NCBI RefSeq assembly: GCF_001194135.2
Contig: NC_069001.1
Span: 39,313,201 to 39,377,200, forward strand
Source of the DNA: Octopus bimaculoides
Lineage: Eukaryota
Direction of reading: 5' to 3'
Length of the DNA stretch: 64,000 bases
Part shown: piece by piece, positions 37,488-50,570 of the stretch
How positions within the stretch are numbered: the first letter of the stretch is position 1
Layout of the letters: every line of letters starts with the position of its first letter
The notes under the pieces: generated by a model
What the model was told of the DNA's origin: nothing
Seen by the model: the letters and a program-made list of their open reading frames with translations, nothing else
Database searches by the model: none
Translations under genes and position numbers: made by a program

Positions 37488-38489
37488 GTGCATATATATG
37501 TATTTGTACATGGCACTTAGAAGCAATTGTATGTATACACACACACACCTTCTCCAGCAGCTTCTTGTATTTTCTCCGGAAACAATCGCTCTCAGATCAA
37601 CCTGAACTAAGAATGTCACAGAAAGCCGAAATCCAAGAATCCTTATTAATTACGGAACTAATTCCGGCTAATTCCAGCTACAATCCATGAAAAGCTGTAA
37701 TATTTGATTTAAGAAAAACACCTCACATTCTTTCATCGATCTTAATGTTTTGTTTTCCTTCTTTCATCACAATTCTTCCGCTCTTCACCGATAGATTCTC
37801 TATTTTCATCTCCTTGTTCTTTGCTAAACAACAAAACCTAAAAGCAAGGAAAGTAATGATCTCTCAATCCTGCCGTATTTCCTCTTCTCATCTCATTACT
37901 TATTGCTGCTGTATTTTTAATCTGATCACCTCTTCTCAACAAACACACATTAATCAACGCTTCTCACGTTTTCTCTTGTTTCTCTTTCTGTGTTTTTGTT
38001 GAAATTTATTCCCAGATTTATTTCGCCGTATGCCATCCCTTTTTCCCTACTTTACCTACCAGGTTAGCTAGCTTGCTAATTAATTAACTCCATTTACACC
38101 AATAACTCCCCCGCTCCTACTTTCAACAACACGCTGAAATTAGCTGAGTGCTTGACAAACACGTTCATGTATTCACACATACACACACACACACATACAC
38201 ACGCACACGGGTAATCACGTGTATGATTACACACACGTATATAGAAACGTGTGCTAGTACATATCAACATATATGTATTTATACACACCCATTCACACAT
38301 AGACACACATATACATATATACGCATACACACACACACACACACACAACATTGCTACAATAAAATAACTCTTCAAATATCACTATGGAAGCTGCGAGAGA
38401 AAGCGTGGGAAAGAGAGGTTGGGGGAGGGGAAATGGTGGACGGTAGGAGAGACTGTGGTAATGTAATTTCATTGATTAGAATAATAGAA

Positions 38490-38660
38490 GGAGGAGGAGG
38501 AGGGGAGAAGATGGAGGAGAAGGAGGGAGAGGGTGGAGGAGAAGGAGGGAGAGATGATGAAAGAAGAGGAGAGAGGGAGATGAGAGAAAGGAAGGAACGC
38601 GATGAAAGAAAAAGGAGTGAATGAAAAGAAAGAGAAAATGAAAGGAGGGAGGTAATGAAA
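38490..38660. repeat. GA-rich low-complexity tract
   Basis: Directly visible. Confidence 0.9.
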
Positions 38661-40437
38661 GAAGGTTCGGTTGACATAGAAGGACTGGTTAAAGTGGGAC
38701 ACGTTGAGGGCGGCATTAATGAGGTGTGTCTTAAGATTTGTCGCTGATTAATCAATCATTTCATTGAGGACATAAAATTTTCAGGTAAAGAAACCCCAGG
38801 TTTTTTGCGAATCATTCAGAAAGAATGAAACGGCAGAAGATATTAGCAGTATCCATGATTGGCAGGTGTGTGTGTGTGTGTGGGGGGGGTGATCTATGCG
38901 GTCGCATGAACGGTGAAAATAACTACGAAACGTTCCTCAAATCACACAGTAAGATACATTACTCGATAGTGTTCCAGGTTTTCTTGATCGTAGGATAAAA
39001 CGGAATGGTCTCTACCGGAGTTCTTTTGTTCATAGGCCTGTTTGTAGATGACCATGGGCTAAAGAACAACGATGAGCTTCAGCTGTTTGATCGCCCCACC
39101 CCCACTGGATTTGCGTTTGTGGAATTATTATGCAAGTGGTCGAGAATTCCACACATCCTATCAACAGGACACATTCCGTGATAATTCTATTCAGAATCCA
39201 GATCAAGAAACGCAGAACCGATTCAGTATTGTTTCGGTATTTTATCGATTGATTTGAAATCGATGGTTCGATGAAACACTACAGCAGTGTTCGTTGCCGT
39301 CCTTGAGACGAGTACTCGGTGAGGCCAATATCTATTGTTCGGAGATGAGGGCACAGTGCTCTTTATCGGTCTGCGTCTCACTGTCAACATCCTCTTCTCG
39401 TCAACTTCTTCCCCAATGGGGCCTAGTTTTTCTTCCACCACAAACAATCAAATATGTCGACATTTCACACGAAAACTTCAATAATAAACGTTTTATATGT
39501 TGGCAGTTGATTTTTAAGTCGCCGCCTTGAAGCTTCTTTTGAATCTTGTTCCTCTTAACAACACACTTTAAGAATTCTTTAAATGTTTCCAACCCGTCAC
39601 CGCTGCTGATGTAACACATCCACCTCATCGATATTTAATCTTCTCCGTGCAAGATTCCAGTCCTGGGCAGCGATTCGTGATGCATTCTAAATCCAAAATA
39701 GGATAGATTTTTTTTTTGTGAAGTTGATTCTCGACGCTTAGTGTCTTTGAAATTCATTGGACAGCAACATTTGTTACCTTGTCTTCCTACTTTCTAGCTT
39801 TTCCTGCCGAATCTGCGAAATATATATATTACAGCATAAATCTTAGATTTCCACCTGCACAGTCTGGCTGTAAATAAATTAAAATTATTTCTTTACCCTA
39901 GGTCGTCGTAGGCGAATGCATTCGTTTATAAATGTTTACTGTGGACAAAAGCAGAGTGATGATCAGTTGATCTAGAATTTTATTGTCATTCCGAACACGT
40001 CAGGAAACCTTTGTCTTTCACTTAACTGTCGACAGGAAAATTGTATTTGTTGTCAGTATAGTCAAAATGCTTGTTTAATTGGGTAGACACCGGTTTGTTA
40101 AAATGGGTACACCAATTTACCAATTTACATAATTGCTGCATCCTTGGCATTTAGTTTCATTAAATTACCAAGCTAGAATCTAGTTGGAGCGGTTTTTAAA
40201 ATTATTTTTTGTGATCAACTTGAAATTGTATCAACAAATTCAGCTGTTTGTAAATGTTCATTATGTTAAATTAAGTAGATTAGATTTATTCTGTAGGAAA
40301 TCAGTTTCTTAAGCGAAATGATCGGTCGTCAACCCTACATTATGAGATAACCACTTGCTTTAATATATATATGATAAGTATGCATGTATATACTAATGTA
40401 TGTGTATCCGTGTGTGTATATATGTGTGTATGTATTA

Positions 40438-40607
40438 CAGTCGTGGTCAAAAGTTTGGAACAGTTTTGGAAATTAAAATTCTTATACCCTCCATATTAGT
40501 GTAAGTAGTAATAATATATTGCAAATTAATTACGGAGAGGGAGCGCTAAGCATTACAAATAATGAAAACATTTTCAGATCTCTGTTCCAAACTTTTCCTC
40601 ACAACTG
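40438..40607. mobile_element. 170-bp Tc1-derived MITE with 26-bp TIRs and TA target duplication
   Basis: TA-CAGTCGTGGTCAAAAGTTTGGAACAG ... CTGTTCCAAACTTTTCCTCACAACTG-TA; 22/26 TIR identity; CAGT..G..CAAAAGTTT is a Tc1-type terminus. Confidence 0.85.
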
Positions 40608-40754
40608 TATTATAGCATGTAACCTTTGCTTTTAACGCGCCGTAAAAAAAAGTACTCAACGCAACAAGCAAATGTAAAAGTTTATTGAAGATGTTTAACT
40701 CTGATTTTTCTGGTGTGTAGCCGTTTGTGCAGCCTAAGCACACACGCACACATG

Positions 40755-40785
<31 letters not shown>

Positions 40786-42136
40786 ACCCGTGTGTAGATA
40801 AGCTGTGTACCTTGTGCCACGTTGCGCTGCAGCTCTAAATAGAAGACGATAAGATTGAGAAAGTAATGAATTGCATTTTGAAGAACAGAGAACCGTTAAA
40901 TTCTATGAGGATTGCGGTGTTAGTCGCAGAGAAAGACAAAATAATTCTTCTGAGATTGTGTGAGAAGCTGGAATATAAAGAGATTATTATAAGATGTCAC
41001 TTTTACGTCATTGGAAAATAAAAAGGGCTATTTGCTTGTAAAGTATAAAAATTTCAAGATATTTGTCAGGAAATAAATGGAAGAGTAGGGGTTACACTCT
41101 AGGGAATGGTCGGACAACGAATAAATACATCAATTTTGTGAAAACTGCTAATTTTGTTTATACAATAACAATCAATGCATCTTCTCGTTAACTCGTTCAA
41201 TATCCTTAATCTTAAACAGTAGATTTCTTTTGTCAAGATTTTCATTTATCAATTTAATGTTGCAGAAATTTGTTGCACAAACCGAGGCTCCTTTCAATGG
41301 AAATGATTTGAAAAATTCATCCAAAATATTTCAACACAAATCTATATCACTTTCCATTCAATTGAAGTTTCTCTGCAATTCCTGAGGGAGGAACGCCGCC
41401 ATTTTTGTCTATTCTCTGACAAATATCTCTGCAGAATGAACCATAGAATCGAAGAAGATATCGGAAACTAAACTTGCTCTACAGTGGTTGATTTATAAAC
41501 AAAGTTAAATCGACAATTAGATAAATGGAGTATAGTATAATATGGTTTAAAATGTTTCTGTCACATTGAGCAGAAATGTCTGACAAGATAATTATTAATA
41601 ACATGCTGATAAGACAATAAACTACGTTGTAATATCATCCTGACGATATAATACTGTTAAGGAAACAACTGTGTTCTAGTAACATTCACAAAGTGAGAAA
41701 AGAGGGGTAAGGTTAGGGTTAGCAACATACAAAACAAGGTGTGTTCATCTTTTTTCTGACTTCAGCAGAAAGTTTAGAATATGGGAGAAAAGGTATGGAA
41801 GGAGTTCAGTAGATTAAATCGATCTCAGAACCTGCTTGTTTAATACTTTAATTTAGCCAAGTCGAAGGGATAAGAGGCTAAGTTGAACACGGCCGGATTC
41901 AAACATAAAAGATCGTAATTTTGCCAATGTACAAATCTCAAATGTAGTACTCATTATAACTGTAATTATAATAAGCGTAATTGAAATTGAAATTAAATGA
42001 AACAAAAGAGGAAATTCTATAATTTCGGTTTCAGTCCCTTCAACAACGACAAAACACATTTTTCCCTTATTGTCGCTAAATTCCGGATGATAGCAACCTC
42101 AATTATTTTTCCTTTCGCAGTAAATAGTTCACGGAC

Positions 42137-42181
<45 letters not shown>

Positions 42182-43773
42182 CAATTGTATATTAACATAA
42201 CATTGTAATGACTAGAACTATTCACCCGGTTTATCAGCACCACGGTATGAGTCTTGGGTTTGTTTTAGCGCAGTGTATCCCGTTGCAAGCTCGTTGGGTT
42301 TGTATTCGCAGCTGTGCATAATTACTTTTCTTTCCATTCTTTTGGAAACATTATCAAAGTCATTGGGGCAGCATTTTCGATAAAGATATTAAAAATATAT
42401 GAATTACAAACACACATACAAATTTTGTGTATATATATATATGTGTACGGGAGAGGAATAGGTTTCCCAATCTTAATAAGTAGAATCATAAAATGAAATC
42501 AAGCAGGGTTTTCATTTTCGAAATATTTTCAAAATTTTAATGCAATTTAATCTTCAATATTTGGCAGAATTTGCTTTTTTTCCCCCTGAAGACATCTAAA
42601 GAGACTGTTGGTAATATTGTTCCTAAAATCGAAATTCAATATCTTAAAGTAATTTGCTGATATCGTTTATTTCAACAACATTAACAAAACCCATAATCAA
42701 CAGCAACAACACCAACAGCAATAAATAAAATACAAAACGCTACTAAAACCAGCAACAAAGATGGCAACATCAATCAAGAAAAAAATCCAATGATTTTTAT
42801 TATTATTTTTTTTATATATAATCATATTTTGTTTACTTGTTAAACTGTCATGGAGCTGCTGCCTCGCTCTAACCATTACAATTATACCGTTTTGTCTGCC
42901 GTCACCTCTTCTCATTTCAATTGCTTTTTATTGTGTTTCTGTAACTCTGTTCGATGCCAATGTGTTCCAACCTTCTTTGAGTTGCTGAAATCACTTTTAT
43001 TTATAATTCTGATATTTCTGTGAAATTTACACGGAATTAGTTTGGCATTTGCACCAAGTCTTTTTTTTAGGTCATTTAATGTCTGAGAGGAAGAAATGCA
43101 CCACCGATGATACGTTTCATGAACTGTGGTCGAAGAGAGGAACAAAACAAATTATTCAAAGACCGGAAGAACTGCAACAATGGCATAGCTGATGGATTTC
43201 CATAGCATCCGTTTACCAAATTTCACTTGCAATTTTTTGCTTAACTCAAGCTTTTTGTAGAAACCAGTAGCCAAATTATACTATGCGGCAGGATCGAACT
43301 AGCCATTTTGTATAAGTTTGTCGTCACTTTAACGGCTTCACACATTTGGCATATGGCACGCCTGTTGCAATAATTTTTATCCTGACATAACTTGATGTGC
43401 AGTTGCATTTCCTGCTACCATTGTTTTTCATAGAACCTCAAACTGATGTCAGACCGTCTCTGCACTCAGTCGGACGATACCACGCGTCTGCAACAAAACC
43501 GGAATTTCCGTACTTACATAGAGTTGGAGCAGAGGCAAAATTAGTTAGGATTCCTCCTCTGACTGCATGCCTCTGTCCTTCATTGAGGTGCTCTATAAGG
43601 GGAGGGCCTCATCTTTGTCTATTATTGTGTGTCTTGTTTATTGTAGCGCTCCTAGAATATGGTATAGCATCTGTAACATTTTGGCTCAAAAGTTGATCTT
43701 AATCGACTGTCACCACACTCACACATGTCTGCGTGTATGCATTTTTGTATATGCATGTATGTATGTTTATGCG

Positions 43774-43827
<54 letters not shown>

Positions 43828-45424
43828 ACTCTTTTGTTTCCGCATCCACAGAAAGTGTAACACCACGTATTATATTCTCCCTTTCCTGCTGTCAACCAAT
43901 TCCTTTCCATCCATTAATCATGCCAACATTATTACAGGATCGCGTCTCTCCATCTTCCATTGCACTGTCCACATTTTCTATTTCGAGGTATCGGATTCTT
44001 CAAAATAGGTTCAGAGTCGCTTTTATCTTTACAATGAAGTTGTAGCTGTTTCAGTTTTCGTGGTTCTAATATGTTTAACTCTGTCAGGTGTTCACCAGTA
44101 ATAAATCTTCCAACATGGCTTTGAAATATTGTCATCATTGAAGCTTGTTCTTTTTTCAGGCCAGCATCATATGCAATCCAATTCATAAATGGGTTTAGGG
44201 CGAATGTAAATGTTCCATATGTATACAGTGTGTGTGTGTGTGGGGGGGGGATGTGTGTCTGTATATGTGACTGCCTGCCTGTATATGCTTATACAAGTTT
44301 ATATTGGGCATATCTATAAATTTGGCGTATCAAAATGACTATTTACATATATACATGCACATGCACACACACACACACATACACATAGATATATATACAA
44401 TGGGTGTTGAGAAAATTTTTTACATTTTCTGTGTGAACAAAATGTCAAAGACGAACGGTTTGTAATGGTAGAATCCTTGAAATTAAATGTCGGTGGATCA
44501 AATGGTTAGGCCGAGCACCAAGTATGGTGGTGCAGGTTACCTAAGGTAGCCTTGCGGTGATTATCACCTAGAAAATGAAAGCATGGACACCAAAATACAC
44601 TTGTGGTAGAACAAGTGAAGGTGAACTAATAGAAGTACAGCTTGTATGAAAGAAGACACCAAACTGCTTAGGCTCCACTTGAATGGTATCCATCAGTTGA
44701 AGTCTTGTCTTCCAGTTAGAAGGAAGAGGGTTAAGGCGAAAATATAAAATATTAATCTTTATGGAATGGGAGGCGACGATGGAAATGGGAAGTATTTAAT
44801 GGAGGACTTGACAAGAAGATGAAACTAAATTCTCTCAGACATTAGTTTTCTGCCATCTCATTCCTGCCTCTCTGCTGTTTCCATCTATCATTGCTAGTGT
44901 AATATTAATAAATATATAATAGCGAACCTAATTGACTGGAGAAAGTTATGAAGGGAAATATTAATGATGACTTTCAAGTAATCGATTTAAAAATCACTTA
45001 AGAAATATTGATTATTGAATCAATAAAGTAGTTTTCACTAAATATTAGTCTAACAATTATGCAGGTCAGCTGACCTCTTAGTCTAAGGCAATATGAAAGT
45101 ATAATGGGTGGACCTTTCGGAGGAAATATTCCTATGATGTAGATAAAAACAAGAGAAAGTGTTAATTTATTGATTTCGTATCGATTTCTGTGTTTTGACA
45201 CAAGATTACAATAGAACAACAATCTATCGAAAACTTTGAGGAAAGCTGCAGGTGTTTTGAGCTGCTGTTGTTTGAAAACTTGATGCACACTGAGGGGGGT
45301 CGGAGTGTGAGGTTGAATTTTACACCGCAATTCCTTAGGTTTTGGGTTCAATCCAACTGCTGAACCCTTTGGTAACTGTCACCTAGAACTCAGATGAACC
45401 ACTATCTTATTTGAGTATCGTATG

Positions 45425-45715
45425 ACTCAGTCAGGACTCCTGTTCGTAATTTAGTGGCTTTGGGTTCGATCTTTGTGATGGCATCTTGAGCAAGTGACTT
45501 GAGCCTCACATGTCCTCAAATTGATTAACCACAAAATTGTGACGTCTGCGAGAGTAAAGTAAATATATGACCCAGTTTAACATCTCTAGAGGAGCCCACC
45601 CTGCCATACGTATCGGGGTAAGACCTTCGGCCTCGGGACGACGACTTGCCCTCCTCCTCACCAGTATTTCAAACCCTAAATGACGCTCAGAGGCGCTGCC
45701 CTGCCTTATATGAAT
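45425..45715 (+). mobile_element. Possible further tRNA-derived SINE (family C)
   Basis: B-box-like gggttcgatct followed by ggcatcttgagcaagtgacttgagcc (CORE/V-domain-like motif) and a GC-richer tail. Confidence 0.4.
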
Positions 45716-45754
45716 CATTCGTGTTCATCCTCTCTAGTTTATATCTAGAACTTC

Positions 45755-46100
45755 ATATCCTAGTGTTGCGTTAAAAGTAGAGAAGAGGGTGGTTTGGCTG
45801 TCATTTCTAGCAGGTCGTTCAACGATTTACTTCCTTTGCTTTTCGAGTTCTTATTGTCTGGAAGTGAGGCTCTTTATCAAGCTTCTGTCCTTAATTTTTT
45901 ATTTTTCATGACACAATCACTGAAATATATTGATTAACCCCAAGTGAATACTCATCGGAAGGGACTCTGATCAAAAACATTCCAGCCGTGACCATCACGA
46001 ATTTTTGTATGTTATTAAGATATTTCATCTAATTTGTTTTTTGAGTTTCAATGTGGGCAGTTTATAAATTAAGATTTAGCTGCTATTTCTAGTAGCTTGT
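45755..46100 (+). repeat. Two family D fragments
   Basis: tttggctgtcatttctagcaggtcgttcaacga; ctgatcaaaaacattccagccgtgaccatc...gatttagctgctatttctag. Confidence 0.6.
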
Positions 46101-46289
46101 TGGCTCGATTTGATCTTAGTAAATATATTCGGCCAGATGATTCTACACCCACATAACCATTAAAAAGAAACACAGTTATAGGAAATGAGATATTGTGTCT
46201 GAAAGTTGCCTTTCGGCCGAAGAACTTGCCTACGCCTTCAACGCAGTTGTCTCTCCCAAATAGACACAACGATTAAGGAAACGGGAAGA

Positions 46290-46445
46290 ATCCCTCTGAC
46301 ATTCTCCATATTTGGAAATTCCAGTAATAATTCTTTGTCGACCTGAAGTTATGGAATAAAAAAATTCTTATCCAAGTTAATGGCATGCTGTAGGATCGGA
46401 ACCCGGTGAAGGTAACTGTGAAGTGAATTCCTTAATTGCAAAACC
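46290..46445 (-). mobile_element. Degenerate SINE family A head
   Basis: tctttgtcgacctgaagttat...cttatccaag..atgctgtaggatcggaacccgg. Confidence 0.4.
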
Positions 46446-48376
46446 AGGAATGTAAAGCAGCTTAACCCCCTACACAAACACACAGGGCTATACACACACA
46501 CACGTCTATGTACAAAGACGGATGGATATAATCAGATAAAAGAAAGTATCGCATTGATTGTCTTTATTTTAAAAACAATCAATACGATACTTTTATCAGT
46601 CTGCCAGGGTCTGCAAAGATCCACCTCCAATTCCATTCATTTAACTTTCATTTCAGTCAGTTCCATCCGACTTAAATGGCTACTGTAACCGTCTCACAGA
46701 TTCTGTTCCAGTTTTAATAGCTGCTTGTTCCTATTACGAATCATTTAGTCATAATTAATGCGAGAGCAGACCGAATCATTCCCTGAATATTCTCGAATTA
46801 TGAAAAAGTCCAAAGTAATAAAATATGCTGCCAGACCAAAGTTATGATTTTACTGGTTGCAATCGGTAAGAGTTGGAATATCAAAATAACCAGAAGCTGC
46901 GCAATAAAATTGGTTGATTTTCGCCAAGGGATGGAATATTTAACAAAGATTTAACTCTGGAAACGGTTGGAGTATCATAAATACAAGTGTCTAATAATAA
47001 TAATAATGATAATAATGGTGGTGGTGCTGGTAATAATGATGATGACAATAATAATAGATAATAACGGGGTTCTTCGTAACATGGAGTCTATTTGGAGGCT
47101 TTTCATATAAACAACCGCTGGATATTGCTTAGCACAACTAAAATAATGTTTGCAAGATGTGCGTATGTGTCTGTTTGTCTGTTTGTGCGTATGCAAAGAA
47201 ATGAAATAAATGACAAGGGAACCAGAAATTACGCAATGAACTCCATTGGCTTGCAGCTGTTTCAGCTATCGGATGCAATGCACTCATAGCTAAGTGCTGT
47301 GTTTCACCTTATAGCTTCATCAGATTTGCAGAATCGATACTAATCAAAACAAGTAGTGATACAGAAGAAATAACTGAAGTTTAAAATGCACAGAAATTAT
47401 AAGATTAATTTTTTTTTTTAAATACACTTAACCGCTTTTCCGTTTGAGTTTCAAAAGTGTGCGATATTTGGAGCTGTGTCACAAACTGTATTTTTCTGGC
47501 CGTTGTGCTAAAAGTCGTCTGTTTTTATAGAGTGAATGTGGTTCAGATGGCTATCAGTTAACGTTGAGATTGATTGGTTGAGGATGGTCAGGTGTTCGAG
47601 ATAAGGGAGTGCGTAACTTATGCATTCAAAATAACGATGTAAGATTCGATAATTCTCCAGAGAAATCATTCCGTACCGACGTTAGGCCGTGAAAATTACA
47701 AATTATGTCGGTAGACGAAACTTTCATCAGTGGATGGAACGGTTATACCACGTAATTTCAACATACACTGCGCTTTCTCAGTAACAGGTGTCTTCCCATC
47801 GAATGCCAAATCGAAAATTCCTCAAACCGATACAGTTTAACATTTACTAAACACTCATTGATGTGGAAAAAAAAAAAAGCTGTCAGGCTGTGAATAAATC
47901 AGTTACTAACGAAGAAGGCAGCCTTTGTAACGAATCTTCAGTAGCACATCCAACCTGAATTGGAAACGCAACCTACGCTAAAATCACGCGATACAATCGT
48001 CCCATCCGCTGGCGCTGACGAAAATTTCGTCTGCCGATATAATTTATGCTTTTTATAGCAACTAACATCTTAATGAGAGGATTTCTTAGGACGATTACCG
48101 CAGCTTATTGCGTTCTAAACAACAGATCCAATTTAAATTGGATGCGCTAATTAATATTTATTACAAAGGCTGCTTATGACGCTAATAGCTAATATATATA
48201 CGCGCACGCACGCACGCACACACACAGACACACACACACACACACACACACGTCTCTCTCTCACTCATTCACATTTATATTGTCGTGTAGTATGTTATTT
48301 TTATGGAATATAAACAGTCAAAATATTAGCTACGGTTTCGCGCCCACTATTGTGCTTGTCAGTATAAATGACTCTT

Positions 48377-48593
48377 TTAAAGGCAGCGCGCTGGCAGAAC
48401 CATTAACAGGCCGGGACTAATTCTTAGCAGCATTTCGTCTGTTATTACGTTCTGCTTTCAGATTCCGCAGGAGTCGACTTTGCCTTTCATCCTTTCGAGG
48501 TTCGATAGAATAAGTGCCAGTTAATTAATACAGTCAATGTAATCGACTTACCCCGATATTGCTGGCTTTCTGCCAAAATTTGAAATTACTATT
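48377..48593 (+). mobile_element. SINE family E, full length, with 10-bp target-site duplication
   Basis: AGGCAGCGCGCTGGCAGAA head, central GTCGACTTTGCCTTTCATCCTTTCG..GATAGAATAAGTGCCAGT, tail TGCCAAAATTTGAAA; aatgactctt at 48367-48376 and 48594-48603. Confidence 0.85.
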
Positions 48594-48650
48594 AATGACT
48601 CTTCAGGTCAGCCGGTCAGAGACGCGAAGCCTCTTTTACGCTGGAAGTAA

Positions 48651-48727
48651 ATATTCAGCCCTGAAGCGTCGTTAATATAATCAAGTGCAAAACTATGCTG
48701 GACACCGTCAGGAACTTTCTGACCGGT
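48651..48727 (+). repeat. 77-bp segment duplicated at 50493-50570
   Basis: 4 differences over 78 aligned nt. Confidence 0.9.
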
Positions 48728-48889
48728 TAGATGCTATAACCAGGAATCTGCTGAGCAACATAAAAGTATAACTTTCTCTTTTTTCTTTCTTGATTCATGC
48801 TCAACTAATTGATAGTTATATATCTATAGAAATAAGAGCGAAATTCTGTCTGTCCGTATGGGACCCTTGTATCTCCATTTGTTCTACAT

Positions 48890-49020
48890 AGACATATACC
48901 TTTTTAGAATCAGGGTGATTCCGGGATTGAAAATCTGCCCTTCATTTGGTTCTTGAACATCCAGCACTGAGATCTGATTTGAAAGCATTTTGGTTGCTAT
49001 TTCTAGCAGGTAAAGCTTGG
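48890..49020 (+). repeat. Family D fragment
   Basis: gatttgaaagcattttggttgctatttctagcagg. Confidence 0.5.
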
Positions 49021-49330
49021 CTGATTCACATCAGAGATCAAGTGGAGAGATAAATGACATTCGCTTCTTTAATTTTACGGTGAGAGAAGAACTTTGGGAC
49101 AGATTGGCCAACAGCTGGGATTCAACTTGGGACTGGAACAATAGAATGATTCATTACTGAATTAATTCTCTCATCCGCCCTTAACTCCTGAGCAAACACC
49201 ATCACACCATATATAGTCATTATACACGTATTATAGTCATGCTATTTAGCTCTCTAGTTTTGGGCAGCAGGCCCAGTTATCACTCCGCAGGAGCTGACTT
49301 AAAAGTCCGCATGGAGTGCGCCTTTTAAGC

Positions 49331-49379
<49 letters not shown>

Positions 49380-49381
49380 AA

Positions 49382-49610
49382 TTGAATAAAGTCACATGGT
49401 CTGGTTTTCAGGTTTATTATTATTGTTTTACAATGTTGTAGTGTTAAACATTAAAAAGAATATTTTGTAATGTTCATAAAGCTCAATTAAATTGAAATTT
49501 ATGAACATTACAAAATATCTTTTTAATGTTTAACACACTACAACATAGTATTTTTTTTAAATACACTAATAAAAAACCTGAAAACCAGGCCATGTTGTAT
49601 CTTTATTCAA
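49382..49610. repeat. About 230-bp foldback palindrome
   Basis: Inner 48-bp arms (49433-49480 / 49498-49546) differ by two small indels; outer 29-bp arms (49394-49422 / 49567-49595) have 2 mismatches; ttgaataaag/ctttattcaa at the ends. Confidence 0.9.
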
Positions 49611-49648
49611 CTGATATATTATTCTATACACATTGACACAAATTCAGA

Positions 49649-49687
<39 letters not shown>

Positions 49688-49695
49688 TAAGTAAG

Positions 49696-49738
<43 letters not shown>

Positions 49739-50492
49739 TTGTACACATGTGCACATACGTGTGCGGAGAGAGAGGAGGGGTCGAAAGCAAGTAATAGGTA
49801 CAGATAATGGTGAGATATAGAGAAGGAAATCGGTCTTAAAAAGAAGGAGGTGACAACATTAGAAAGTCAGTTATTTAGAAATGGTTTGTTAATCTAAAGT
49901 TTTTGTTTTCTAAATAAAATATCAGAAAATTATGAAAGAAGAAAAGTACCAAATAATCTCGTTGGACTTTTGAGGAAGAACAATTCCTGAAAGCGTAAAA
50001 GAATTCAACAAAGTTTAATGCCAATAAAATTGAAATACATCGATAAAAGATGAGGCGAAGGAATGGTGGTCACGTCCGGCAAGTATTTCTATTAGGCTTC
50101 ATATTATTGAAACCATAGAACAATTCTTGAACAATATTACAGAATTATGATGGCAGTAAAGGTAGAAGATTTTAGGTAATGTCTTCATATTGTTATTGTC
50201 TTTGCTATTTGGAATATCCTGTTCTCACCTTCTTAATTTAACAGAAGGATTTACAGATTCCGGCTTTCAAGATGTTTGTTGACATAGTGCTAACTAGATT
50301 TGGTAATATATAGTTCACACTCTCATGCAAAAGATAAGAGTTACTCCTGATATATGTGAAATTATAATCCGGTCAATTGAAATTAATTGATATTAAACCT
50401 GTGGCGAGAGGAAACAGTTTTTAGTTTGATTAATATTTCGTGAAAAATACTGACTGGAAATGTAGACGCTGGGTGGTTAGCCTAACAGAAAT

Positions 50493-50570
50493 ATATTCAG
50501 CCCTGAAGGGTCGTTAATATAATCAAAGTGCAAAACTATGCTGGAAACCGTCAGTAACTTTCTGACCGGT
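50493..50570 (+). repeat. Second copy of the 48651-48727 segment
   Basis: Direct alignment. Confidence 0.9.

Noticed and set aside
41705-41722. TTAGGG-like repeats
   Set aside because: Fewer than two full units; not a telomeric array.
48995-49015. tttctagcAG|GTAAAG as a ratchet point
   Set aside because: It is part of the family D repeat motif, which occurs on both strands.
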